Part shown: positions 50,102 through 59,558 of the stretch, piece after piece
Numbering within the stretch: the stretch's first letter is position 1
Layout: every line of letters begins with the position of its first letter
Assembly (NCBI GenBank): GCA_965203965.1
Contig: CBDBDR010000017.1
Span: 96,001 to 160,000, forward strand
Direction of reading: 5' to 3'
DNA: 64,000 bases
Source of the DNA: Thermodesulfobacteriota bacterium
GTDB lineage: Bacteria > Desulfobacterota_D > UBA1144 > Nemesobacterales > JAJCZQ01
Notes under the pieces: generated by a model
The model's database searches: none
What the model saw: only the letters and a program-made list of their open reading frames with translations
Told to the model about the DNA's origin: nothing
Translations under genes and position numbers: made by a program

Positions 50102-50998
50102 CTAATTAATGCTGTAGATTGCGTCTGTCATCATTGTGACTAATTTCATCTGCCGGACGTCGTGAACCCTGACGATTGAGGCTCCATTCATAATTGAAAC
50201 TGCTACTGTTGCTGCTGTACCTTCCAATCTTTTTTCAACGGGTAGATCTCCTAGCAAACTGCCAATAAATGATTTTCTTGAAGTTCCAATCATTACGGGT
50301 CTCCTCAAAACGGAAAAATCAGAAAGATTTTTGATTATCTCTAGATTGTGTTCAGCCGTTTTCCCAAATCCAATTCCGGGATCAACGACAATGCTGTCAA
50401 ATCCAATGCCAAAAGACAGTGCTTTTTGTATTGAGAAGTTAAGAGACGATACAATATTTTTAATAAGAGAAGTGTAGCTTATGTTGTTTTGCATCTCAAA
50501 AGGACGACCAATCGTGTGCATTAAAACTATTCCAGCTTTGTGACTGGCTACTTCTTCTGCCAGTTTTTCATCAAAACTAAGACCGCTTATGTCGTTTATG
50601 ATAGAGACCCCCAGATTAAGTGCTTCACGGGCAACCACGGATTTTGTTGTATCAACCGATAATATAGTTTCAAATCTTGTATGGATATTTTCAAGAACGG
50701 GCAAAATTCTATCAAGTTCTTCTTGCTCCATAATATGATGTGAACCTGGACGAGTTGATTCAGCACCGATGTCAATTATATCAGCACCTTCTGAAATCAT
50801 CTCTTCTATCCTGAATAAATAATCATCTGCCGTTTTATAGAAACCACCGTCATAAAATGAATCAGGAGTTACATTCAGGATACCCATTACAAGGGTTTTG
50901 TGGTTGAGGTCTATAGTTTTATTTTTTAATTTTAGAAAGTTAAATCTATTTTTTTCACTACTAATTTTTTGGTCTGAAAATACATGACTTGATAGCAT
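50102..50998 (-). CDS. folP: Dihydropteroate synthase
   Basis: MGILNVTPDSFYDGG, DIGAESTRPG, DPGIGFGK, SRKSFIG, RVHDV. Confidence 0.97.
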   Translation of the reverse strand: MLSSHVFSDQKISSEKNRFNFLKLKNKTIDLNHKTLVMGILNVTPDSFYDGGFYKTADDYLFRIEEMISEGADIIDIGAESTRPGSHHIMEQEELDRILPVLENIHTRFETILSVDTTKSVVAREALNLGVSIINDISGLSFDEKLAEEVASHKAGIVLMHTIGRPFEMQNNISYTSLIKNIVSSLNFSIQKALSFGIGFDSIVVDPGIGFGKTAEHNLEIIKNLSDFSVLRRPVMIGTSRKSFIGSLLGDLPVEKRLEGTAATVAVSIMNGASIVRVHDVRQMKLVTMMTDAIYSIN

Positions 50999-51061
50999 GA
51001 CCTCTGATTATATAACATTTTAATGATAAAGGGAAGTTATATCCGTAAGCTAATGTATCTT

Positions 51062-52888
51062 TTAAACAGTAGCAAGTTCTGGCTTATGATTTAGAACCAA
51101 GCTATCCAACTCTTTACTGTCAATTACTTCTTTTTCTAATAAAATTTTGGCGAGTTTATGTAGAACATCCAGATTTTCTTCCAGCAGTTTCTTGGATTTT
51201 TCACAGCATGTATCCACAATGTTTTTTATCTCACGGTCAATTAGAATTGCAGTTTCATTACTATAATCAGTGTGTTTGGACATTTCTTTGCCAAGAAATA
51301 CCTGATCATCGGTTTTTCCAAATGTTACAGGCCCAAGAGCTTCACTCATTCCCCATTCACATACCATTTTTCTTGCAATTTCGGTTACTCTCTCAAGATC
51401 GTTTCCCGCCCCGCTTGTTCTTTCATTAAATACTATTTCCTCTGCTGCCCTTCCACCCAGAAGCACCATTATCGTGCTGTAAAGATATGTTTTAGAGTGG
51501 GTGTATTTATCTTCTATGGGTAATTGTTGTGTAAGTCCCAGTGCCATGCCTCTTGGAATAATCGTTACTTTATGTATTGGATCGGCTTCCGGTGTAAGCT
51601 TGGCTACAAGAGCATGACCTGCTTCATGATAAGCAGTGATGCGTTTTTCCTTGTCGCTTATTATCATGCTTTTACGTTCAACACCCATTATTACTTTGTC
51701 TTTTGCATATTCAAAGTCTTGCATTGAAATTTTGTCTCTACCACACTTTGCTGCGCGGAGTGCCGATTCGTTTACGAGATTTTGCAGATCTGCTCCCGAA
51801 AAACCAGGTGTTGACCTGGCAATAAGAGAAAGGTCAACGTCGTTGTTAATAGGGGTATCTTTGGAATGGACCTTTAGAATCTCTTCTCTTCCCCTGACAT
51901 CGGGTCTTGGAACAAAAACCTGTCTGTCAAATCTACCGGGTCTTAAAAGTGCAGGATCCAGAACATCTGGCCTGTTTGTAGCTGCCATTACTATTATTCC
52001 TTCATTGTCTTCGAAGCCGTCCATTTCCACAAGCAATTGATTCAAAGTTTGCTCTCTCTCATCGTGTCCCCCTCCCAGTCCAGCTCCTCTATGTCTTCCC
52101 ACTGCGTCGAGCTCATCAACAAATATTATGCAGGGAGAGTGTCGTTTGGCTTGTATAAACAGCTCTCTCACTCTGGATGCTCCAACACCTACAAACATCT
52201 CCACAAAATCACTTCCGCTTATAATGAAAAAAGGAACATTTGCCTCGCCTGCAATAGCTTTTGCAATAAGAGTTTTACCTGTTCCAGGAGGACCCACGAG
52301 AAGGACTCCCTTGGGAATTCTACCTCCGAGTTTTGTAAATTTTTTTGGGTCTTTAAGAAATTCAACGATCTCGCTTACTTCCTCTTTTGCCTCATCAACT
52401 CCCGCAACGTCTTTAAAAGTAACTTTGTTCTGATCCTCGGTCAGCATCCGGGCTTTGTTTTTTCCAAATGACATAGCTTTAGTTCCACCCGCCTGGATCT
52501 GCCGCATGAAGAGCACCATTAGTGCAATTAGTATTATCAGAGGAGCCCAGTTGATGATTAACTGTGTAAGAGAACTGTCTTTGGTTTTTGAAAAACTGAA
52601 ACTTATATTCTCGCTTTTGAGATCATTGATCAAATCTTCAGTTGAGGGACCCACGGTTTTGAACTTCGTTATATCGCTGCCTGTTTCCGGATACCGAATA
52701 TTACCAGTTATGTTGTTCTCGCTGAACTCAATATTGTTTACGTCATTCTGCTCTACCAGTGTCAAAAACTCACTGTATGCAATTTCTTTATAAGTTGCTC
52801 TTGGTGTATTTATGAACTGATAAAGTGCGATTATGATAACAAAAACTACAAGCCAGAGAGCTAAATTTTTTAATATATTACTGTTCAA
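51062..52888 (-). CDS. ftsH: ATP-dependent zinc metalloprotease FtsH
   Basis: Two TMs, [31 protein letters not shown]. Confidence 0.98.
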   Translation of the reverse strand: MNSNILKNLALWLVVFVIIIALYQFINTPRATYKEIAYSEFLTLVEQNDVNNIEFSENNITGNIRYPETGSDITKFKTVGPSTEDLINDLKSENISFSFSKTKDSSLTQLIINWAPLIILIALMVLFMRQIQAGGTKAMSFGKNKARMLTEDQNKVTFKDVAGVDEAKEEVSEIVEFLKDPKKFTKLGGRIPKGVLLVGPPGTGKTLIAKAIAGEANVPFFIISGSDFVEMFVGVGASRVRELFIQAKRHSPCIIFVDELDAVGRHRGAGLGGGHDEREQTLNQLLVEMDGFEDNEGIIVMAATNRPDVLDPALLRPGRFDRQVFVPRPDVRGREEILKVHSKDTPINNDVDLSLIARSTPGFSGADLQNLVNESALRAAKCGRDKISMQDFEYAKDKVIMGVERKSMIISDKEKRITAYHEAGHALVAKLTPEADPIHKVTIIPRGMALGLTQQLPIEDKYTHSKTYLYSTIMVLLGGRAAEEIVFNERTSGAGNDLERVTEIARKMVCEWGMSEALGPVTFGKTDDQVFLGKEMSKHTDYSNETAILIDREIKNIVDTCCEKSKKLLEENLDVLHKLAKILLEKEVIDSKELDSLVLNHKPELATV

Positions 52889-53148
52889 ATATATACCTCT
52901 TTACCTAAATTGTACAAGGTAAGATAATCACTTTATATTGGCATTCAACAGTTAATAAATTAACACACCGATTATTTGCTTTCAATACTTAGATGTATGG
53001 GTGTGTTATACTTGCATTTCACGGCAATTTTCCACTTATTATAGAGTCAACATTGGCATTATCCTGAAGACACAATAGTATAAAAATGAAACTCAATACG
53101 GATTCAATGCAAAAACCGCAGTATTTGGCATAGTCTCAAGCAGAGTCT

Positions 53149-54084
53149 TTATGAAAATGCCGCCACCGTATTTTCCATAACTTCCACGTTGCTTTGCTTT
53201 CCTACGGGAACGGGTGCTATTATTGCGAGATCTAAACCTTTGTCAAAATAAAGCTGGAGTTTTTCCCTGCATTTGGACGCCGGACCAGCTAGTGCAACTG
53301 CTTCAACAAGCTCGTTCGTAAAAACCTCCGCTGGATTTGCACCGCTCTGTATCTGTTCAACAACATCACCAAAACCGATATTTTTTATTAACCTCTGGTA
53401 GAAAGGAAACCTTGCATAACCTGATAGTCCTTTCTTTGCAGTTTCAATTGCCAGTCCTTCATCTTCTGAAATAAAAGAGGGTATCCCGTTTGTTATAGTG
53501 ATGTCTGATATGTTTCTGCCTGCTTTTTCTGCACCAACCCTGACGTTGCTGATCAATTCAGACATATACTTAGGTGGGCACATATAGGGCATTAACCCAT
53601 CAGCTATTTCACCAGCAAGTGTTGATGCACCTTTTGTCAGCCCTGCTATGTAAACGGGAATATGGGGTAGCTTTCTTTTTAAGGTTAATCTCTCGGAACT
53701 TCCATCTGCCAAAGCCCTGACTTCTTTTACATAATTTCTCATATCTTCAACCGCGTCTCCCATTTCTATTCCATACCTACTGTTGACGGGTTTGTGGCTT
53801 ACACCCAGCCCAAGTATCATTCTTCCGCCCGTGATTTCCTGAATTGTGAGCGCTGTTGCCGCAGTTACAACGGGCTGTCTCATGTATATATTGGCGATCC
53901 ATGTTCCAACCTTAATTTTTGTTGTGGCTTCCGCAAAAACCTGTGAGTTTGATAACGCACTGTAGGGAGGAACTTCGGGGGAGAATATAGCTTCTAACCC
54001 GCCTTCCTCGGATATTCTTGCGAGTGACCTAAGATCTTCTACACTGCATCCCCAGACTGGTGAAATTGTGGCAATCCTTTTCAT
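53149..54084 (-). CDS. LLM-class (luciferase-like) flavin-dependent oxidoreductase
   Basis: ATTKIKVGTWIAN, GRMILGLGVSH, PVYIAG, AGEIADG; AAGGAG RBS. Confidence 0.88.
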   Translation of the reverse strand: MKRIATISPVWGCSVEDLRSLARISEEGGLEAIFSPEVPPYSALSNSQVFAEATTKIKVGTWIANIYMRQPVVTAATALTIQEITGGRMILGLGVSHKPVNSRYGIEMGDAVEDMRNYVKEVRALADGSSERLTLKRKLPHIPVYIAGLTKGASTLAGEIADGLMPYMCPPKYMSELISNVRVGAEKAGRNISDITITNGIPSFISEDEGLAIETAKKGLSGYARFPFYQRLIKNIGFGDVVEQIQSGANPAEVFTNELVEAVALAGPASKCREKLQLYFDKGLDLAIIAPVPVGKQSNVEVMENTVAAFS

Positions 54085-54167
54085 GATTTTTTCTCCTTAA
54101 TAAACCTTTTTCTTAACTTTTGTGCCCTAATTATATCACACTTTACTACAGTTCAGACATTGTTATG

Positions 54168-54196
54168 TTTACAACCCGTTGCTTGTAGGATACAAT
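54168..54196 (+). promoter_or_regulatory. Putative sigma70 promoter for the microprotein gene
   Basis: TTTACA (54168-54173), 17-bp spacer, TACAAT (54191-54196); the ATG follows 8 nt later. Confidence 0.55.
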
Positions 54197-54204
54197 ATAA
54201 TCCC

Positions 54205-54321
54205 ATGTTTGAATTAGAACCACATGAAAAAGAGGGCGCAGTTTACATTGCTGGTGTGTTTATTTTGATTGCTTCAATAATGTTAATTGCATCACTAACT
54301 CACGTAGTGCTGTCGCCTTAG
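54205..54321 (+). CDS. 38-aa single-TM microprotein
   Basis: MFELEPHEKEGAVYIAGVFILIASIMLIASLTHVVLSP*; fills the intergenic gap, and its stop overlaps the convergent gene's stop. Confidence 0.6.
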   Translation: MFELEPHEKEGAVYIAGVFILIASIMLIASLTHVVLSP

Positions 54322-54788
54322 CTCAATCCCCATTTCATTACCTCCAAAACCACATCTTCTGGTTTAATTGTTTTGTTGGTGCTGTCGTAAAATTCGATTT
54401 TGCCTTTCTTTGCTTTATATTCCAAACTCAAAAGTTGTATTCGTCTGTTCGTGATCTGCTGTATTGGGAAATTATCTTTTATAGCCAGTCCATATATAAA
54501 TACTCTTTTCTCTTTGTTCTGAGTGACGAATATAAATTTTTTTTCGGTTCTAATCACAAATCCGCCGCAGTCGTTTTGAAAATTAAAAAACAGAGGCATC
54601 AGATCGGCAGGCAGCCTGTAAAGATTGACGGATGAAGAGTTGGTTTCTTTAAGGGTGTTAATGCCAATCTTGGCAATATCAAAAAGTATCTCTAATGCTT
54701 CATTATTTTCCGAACCGTTAAACTTTTTATTTTCAGAAATTTTTACACGCTGAGATAAAATTTTAATTTCTTTTATAAAATTGTTCAT
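54318..54788 (-). CDS. Hypothetical protein
   Basis: 156-aa ORF with an ATG start, divergent from hflX; no recognisable motif. Confidence 0.65.
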   Translation of the reverse strand: MNNFIKEIKILSQRVKISENKKFNGSENNEALEILFDIAKIGINTLKETNSSSVNLYRLPADLMPLFFNFQNDCGGFVIRTEKKFIFVTQNKEKRVFIYGLAIKDNFPIQQITNRRIQLLSLEYKAKKGKIEFYDSTNKTIKPEDVVLEVMKWGLS

Positions 54789-54870
54789 AAAGAATTGAAC
54801 TCTTTGATTTTATGACTGAGAAATTATATAATACCCGTCAGTTTCACGTCTAACAGTGAGGTTGTAAAGT

Positions 54871-56505
54871 ATAGAGAACATATACGGAAAAACATCCGGA
54901 TTAACAAACTCTCAGCTTAAAAACATCTCAAGGCTTTATAGGCGTAGAGTTCAGCCAGACAAGCTTATAAGCATCGAGCTTATAAAAACTCTCACGCAAA
55001 CTTCATACGAAATTGGCAAAAAAATTTCTTTACTGATCAACAGGAGAGGCAAGGTTCGCGTCGTTTTTCTCGGTGATATACATGAAGTTGAATATGAAAA
55101 ACTTTTAGGAAGATTTCGTGAAGCCAAATTCAGGTTGAGAGGTTTCAAAGCGATACATTCTCATTTAAACGACTTCAGATTGTCTAAAAATGATCTGACC
55201 ACTCTAATAAATGAAAGGCTTGATATGGTAGGTGTTGTTGAAGTAAAAGAGAATGGGAATACAGGGAAGTTGCAATTTGCACATATTGTTCCACCAAACG
55301 GCAATTCAGATGAAAAGTGGAAGATATATTCATTTAATGACGTAGGAAGGGTTGAAATTGAATGGAACCATCTTCTGGATGAAATTCAGCAGAAGTTAGA
55401 AAGATCATATAAAGAGTCGGGCGGCGATCTTAATAATGAAGGTGTTTTACTGGTTGGCTTTAATACTCAGAGTAGAAAAGAGGCTGAACAATCGGTTAAG
55501 GAGCTTAGATCACTTTCCCATTCAAGTGGAAAAAAAGTGCTTGGCTCTGCTATACAGGTGAGAAGAACTATTGATCCGAGATACCTGATCGGTAGAGGAA
55601 AATTGAAAGAAGTTATTCTCCAAGCTGAATATATTGGTGCTGGTACTATCATTTTTGACGTTGAGCTAACACCTGCACAGATCAATTCAATCACAGAGGA
55701 AACCACTCTGAATATAATAGACAGAACTCAGTTGATATTGGAGATTTTTCAAAAGCATGCAATGTCAAGTGAGGGTAAGATCCAAGTCAGACTTGCCGAC
55801 CTGAAATATAATCTGCCAAGATTAAGAGGTAGAGGAATTGAGCTTTCTCAGCTTGGAGGAGGTATTGGCACAAGGGGCCCTGGTGAAACCAAATTGGAAT
55901 ATCAGAGAAGAGCTGTAAGGAAGCAGATTGAAAAACTCGAAAAACAAATAGATAAGATCAGTTTCAGAAGAAGAGGCACGCGTGAACGAAGGAGTGCAAC
56001 AGGTATCCACTCGGTTTCGTTGGTCGGATATACCAACGTGGGTAAATCTACGCTTTTTAATACTCTTACAAATGATAACGTTAAGGTTCAAAACAAGCTT
56101 TTTTCAACCCTTGGTACAACCACCCGTAAAATCAAGTTACCTTCAGGCTTGAACGTCCTACTCACCGATACTGTTGGGTTTATCAGTGGTTTACCTGAGG
56201 AACTCATTAATGCTTTCAGGGCAACGCTTGAGGAAATTGGTGAAGCCGATCTACTACTTCATATTAATGATGCAGGTGACCCCATGGTCGAAGAAAAAAT
56301 AGATTCTGTTGAAAGTATATTAAGCTCTATGGATTTCGGGGATATTCCCAAGTTGATGGTTTTTAATAAAAGGGATAAAGCTGAGGAGGAAACCGTCCGA
56401 TTTTTGGAAAGGGCTTATGAAACGACCGTAATTTCTGCTTTAAACAAAACTAATATAAGGGATTTGTTGGAATTGATTGATAGGGAAATAAAGCAAAACA
56501 GTTAA
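54871..56505 (+). CDS. hflX: Ribosome-splitting GTPase HflX, long N-terminal form, with an apparent ATA start
   Basis: GGGIGTRGPGETKLE, GYTNVGKST, DTVGFI, NKRD. The frame is open 88 codons upstream of the track start, to ATA 54871 (IENIYGKTSGL..SQLK.I.RLYRRRV), bounded by an in-frame TAA at 54865. Confidence 0.93.
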   Translation: MENIYGKTSGLTNSQLKNISRLYRRRVQPDKLISIELIKTLTQTSYEIGKKISLLINRRGKVRVVFLGDIHEVEYEKLLGRFREAKFRLRGFKAIHSHLNDFRLSKNDLTTLINERLDMVGVVEVKENGNTGKLQFAHIVPPNGNSDEKWKIYSFNDVGRVEIEWNHLLDEIQQKLERSYKESGGDLNNEGVLLVGFNTQSRKEAEQSVKELRSLSHSSGKKVLGSAIQVRRTIDPRYLIGRGKLKEVILQAEYIGAGTIIFDVELTPAQINSITEETTLNIIDRTQLILEIFQKHAMSSEGKIQVRLADLKYNLPRLRGRGIELSQLGGGIGTRGPGETKLEYQRRAVRKQIEKLEKQIDKISFRRRGTRERRSATGIHSVSLVGYTNVGKSTLFNTLTNDNVKVQNKLFSTLGTTTRKIKLPSGLNVLLTDTVGFISGLPEELINAFRATLEEIGEADLLLHINDAGDPMVEEKIDSVESILSSMDFGDIPKLMVFNKRDKAEEETVRFLERAYETTVISALNKTNIRDLLELIDREIKQNS

Positions 56506-56711
56506 ATGTGCCACGAACTGCAAACAACCTTGATAAATCACATCCTATTTGCAACACCAGCACTTTCTGTCACTATCAGCAGAAGAGGGTGATAACACGA
56601 TGGATAACATAATGCCACACAAAAATTAAGGTACTAAATGCTCTGTAAATCTGCAACGTAGTAAAAACTCTTCGTTAATTTAGAGTAAACATTAGTGATT
56701 ATTTTTCAAAT

Positions 56712-56742
56712 AAGAAAAGAGGGAACAATAATGTTCCCTCTT
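56712..56742 (-). terminator. Rho-independent terminator for the nitroreductase-small protein operon
   Basis: Perfect 11-bp stem AAGAGGGAACA / TGTTCCCTCTT with a 4-nt loop, followed by a T-rich tail on the minus strand, 27 nt past the 56770 stop. Confidence 0.8.
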
Positions 56743-56769
56743 ATAAAAGAATTAGATCTGGAACCCTAA

Positions 56770-56961
56770 CTACCAAGGCTTAGACGCATCATCTTGCCCT
56801 TTCAGATTCTTGATCCACTTGGAATCATCATAACTTGAAACACCAAAGGTAAGCGCCAAGTTAGCTATGATAACACCAATCTCATTGTTACCCGTTTGCT
56901 CGGCTCTCTTTTTTATCTTGTTATGAATCGGATCTGGAATATTTATTGTTATCTCTGCCAT
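56770..56961 (-). CDS. 63-aa protein with a ribbon-helix-helix-like N-terminus
   Basis: Strong RBS (CAGGAGGT). MAEITINIPDPIHNKIKKRAEQTG fits the beta-helix pattern of CopG/Arc proteins. Confidence 0.75.
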   Translation of the reverse strand: MAEITINIPDPIHNKIKKRAEQTGNNEIGVIIANLALTFGVSSYDDSKWIKNLKGQDDASKPW

Positions 56962-56997
56962 TGTTGAGATACCTCCTGTATTAGTTATTGATTAAAA

Positions 56998-58008
56998 TTA
57001 TTCAGCTTCTCCAATACCTTTTTTCTCTCTATACTCCTGAATTACCTCTCTTTTTACAGTGGGAGTTAGAGAAAAGTTTGACTCAGATGTAGCTCCTTCG
57101 GCGGACGCTTTAACTTCCTCGGGTGAAAGAGGAGTAAATTTCCTGTCTCCTGCAACTGCTCCTAACTGAGATTCCTCAAGTTTCCAGTCCGTTAGCCATT
57201 CATCTCCGAGACCGAAACGTTTGGTAAGTTTGTTGATTTCTTCAAGTCTGCCAGGAAGCGGGCCTGCTGGTTGCAACAAATTTAGATCCGTCAGAAGATT
57301 TACGACCCCGGGGTCCCTTGGGAAGGCATTGCCAATTTTTTTCTCAAAAAACATTGTATCAAACGGCGGACGACATCTTGCACCGCCACCATCCATCTTC
57401 TCTGCGGGGTAACCCACGGTCATTAACCAACTGAACACGTATGTATCGGGAAGTTCAAATTTTGCCTTTGTGTTTCTCCTTGCTCCACCGCTCGCACCAT
57501 TAAGACAGGTTCCAAGACCCAGTGCTGTTGCAGCTAATATAGCGTTTTGGATTGCGTTCCCTAGATCAATTGCAGCAAGGCGGTGCAATATAGCATCGGG
57601 TAGTAGACCCGGCAGAGGGAAAAGGTTTGAAACCCTGTCGTATTCCCAACCATGTGCCTTGTCTAATGCCCCTGTTCTCATTAAGTCATGGATTGACTGC
57701 CCTTGTGTGTCGTAGTTAGCCATGTCGTAACACCAGAAAACAAGTACGGGTGCCATCTGGGTAGTTATCTGACTCCAGTCTGAAATGAATTCCCATATTT
57801 CAGGGTCTTCATCTCTGTAAACAACAATCGCTCTTTGACCATTGAAGTTACCTGCTGACGGTGCAAGTCTGGCGGCTTCCAACATTGCTTGGATTTTCCA
57901 TTTTTCCACTTGCTGGTCAGGTTCATACCATCTGATGGATCTCCTGGTTCCAATGGCACTGAAAGTGTCCATTACGTCAACTTCGTTGGCTGAAGGTATA
58001 TTGCTCAT
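56998..58008 (-). CDS. Nitroreductase-family flavoprotein with a long C-terminal extension
   Basis: AIGTRRSIRWY, LEAARLAPSAGN, DLGNAIQNAILAATALGLGTC, VGYPAE; AAGGAGG RBS. Confidence 0.88.
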   Translation of the reverse strand: MSNIPSANEVDVMDTFSAIGTRRSIRWYEPDQQVEKWKIQAMLEAARLAPSAGNFNGQRAIVVYRDEDPEIWEFISDWSQITTQMAPVLVFWCYDMANYDTQGQSIHDLMRTGALDKAHGWEYDRVSNLFPLPGLLPDAILHRLAAIDLGNAIQNAILAATALGLGTCLNGASGGARRNTKAKFELPDTYVFSWLMTVGYPAEKMDGGGARCRPPFDTMFFEKKIGNAFPRDPGVVNLLTDLNLLQPAGPLPGRLEEINKLTKRFGLGDEWLTDWKLEESQLGAVAGDRKFTPLSPEEVKASAEGATSESNFSLTPTVKREVIQEYREKKGIGEAE

Positions 58009-58197
58009 TAGTGTTTCCTCCTTATATTTTTTTCGTTTTTAATTTACACTTATAATACTGATCACAACCTTTTAGAGATGATATTATTTTAGAGTGTGTT
58101 TGTCAAGAAACAGATAAAATCTAATCAGGTCTCATTTACAAAGCATGTTAATTAATTTACAATTAAAACTACTTTTCAACCGAAAGGAGGCGCTATT

Positions 58198-59358
58198 ATG
58201 AGTAACCTGAGAGATGTTTATATCATCGGGGTGGGAAATACGGATTGTGGTAGATTTCCGGATAAGCCAGCCCACATACTTGCGAGAGAGGCAGCATGGG
58301 CGGCAATTAAAGATGCTGAGATACACCCTCGTAAAATAGAAATTGCTTTTTGCGGACACGTTTATCAAGGTATGGGAGTAGGGCAGAGGGCGCTCAAAGA
58401 GATAGGACTTGTAGGACAACCAACTATCAATGTTGAGGGAGCATGTGGAAGCGGAACGCTTTCATTCTGGGAAGCATGGAGAACCGTAGCTTATGGACAA
58501 TATGATGTAGCGCTTGCCTTGGGTGTTGAAAATCTGAGCAGGGTCTTATCGGGGGGGCCTCTACCACTTGAGGAAGATGATCTTGAAGTTTCACTGGGTA
58601 TGGGAATGCCGGGGCTTTATGCAATAAGGGCAAAGAGGTATATGCATGAATATGGAGTTACAATGGAGCAGCTTGCAAAAGTGGTTGTTAAAAGCAGATA
58701 CCACGCTTCTTTAAATCCAAATGCACAGTATAGAAAAACCACTACTATTGAAGAAGTGCTCAATGCACCCATGATAGCCGACCCGCTCACGCGTAATATG
58801 TGCTGTCCCGTTGGTGATGCTGCTGCCGCAGCCGTGCTTGTTCCTGAAGAACTCGTAAAGGAATATGCCAAAAAGATGCCAATTAAAGTGCTTGGATGTA
58901 TTGCACAGTCGGGTAAATACAGCAGTTCCACGGGTCTTACCTGTGACCCGTCTGAAAATGTTGTCAGGACGTCAAAATTGGCTTATGAAATGGCAGGATT
59001 GGGTCCTGAGGACATGGATCTGGCTGAAATACATGATGCCTTTTCCATTGCCGAGATGATGGTTGTTGAGGCACTTGGATTTTGTAAAAAAGGTGAAGGT
59101 GCCGTATTGATTGACGAGGAAAGCACGTGGCTTGGAGGTAGTAAGGTCGCAGTTAATCCGAGTGGTGGTTTATTGTCCCGTGGACATCCCGTTGGTGCAA
59201 CTGGTCTTTTGCAAACCGCAGAACTTGTTTATCATCTGAGAGGTGAAGCGGGAGAGCGTCAGGTGCCAGATGCCAAGATAGGAATTATTGAAACTATGGG
59301 AGGTGCTCAACCTGCGATGGATGGGATTACCTGCGTTGTGAGCATATTGGGGAAGTAG
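58198..59358 (+). CDS. Thiolase family protein (SCP-x/lipid-transfer type)
   Basis: NVEGACGSG, ALGVE, NPNAQY, CCPVGDAAAA, EIHDAF, NPSGGLLSRGHPVGATG; AAGGAGG RBS. Confidence 0.93.
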   Translation: MSNLRDVYIIGVGNTDCGRFPDKPAHILAREAAWAAIKDAEIHPRKIEIAFCGHVYQGMGVGQRALKEIGLVGQPTINVEGACGSGTLSFWEAWRTVAYGQYDVALALGVENLSRVLSGGPLPLEEDDLEVSLGMGMPGLYAIRAKRYMHEYGVTMEQLAKVVVKSRYHASLNPNAQYRKTTTIEEVLNAPMIADPLTRNMCCPVGDAAAAAVLVPEELVKEYAKKMPIKVLGCIAQSGKYSSSTGLTCDPSENVVRTSKLAYEMAGLGPEDMDLAEIHDAFSIAEMMVVEALGFCKKGEGAVLIDEESTWLGGSKVAVNPSGGLLSRGHPVGATGLLQTAELVYHLRGEAGERQVPDAKIGIIETMGGAQPAMDGITCVVSILGK

Positions 59359-59558
59359 GTTTTAAAGGTAAGTGAACAGAGATGTATCTCTCCGATACGG
59401 AGATGATAAAACTTCTCAAGGCGTGCGCAATAAAGCACGAGAATCTTGACGGGGTGGGTTGACCGACTTTATTGGCTGTATGATTATTTGATTGTCAGCG
59501 ACTTTATAAATGTAACTATGTCTCACTTAAAATATTGGAAATTTTCTGCTCGTAGATT

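Noticed and set aside
56506..56700. Small ORF or ncRNA between hflX and the terminator
   Set aside because: Only short frames without an RBS or recognisable features were found.
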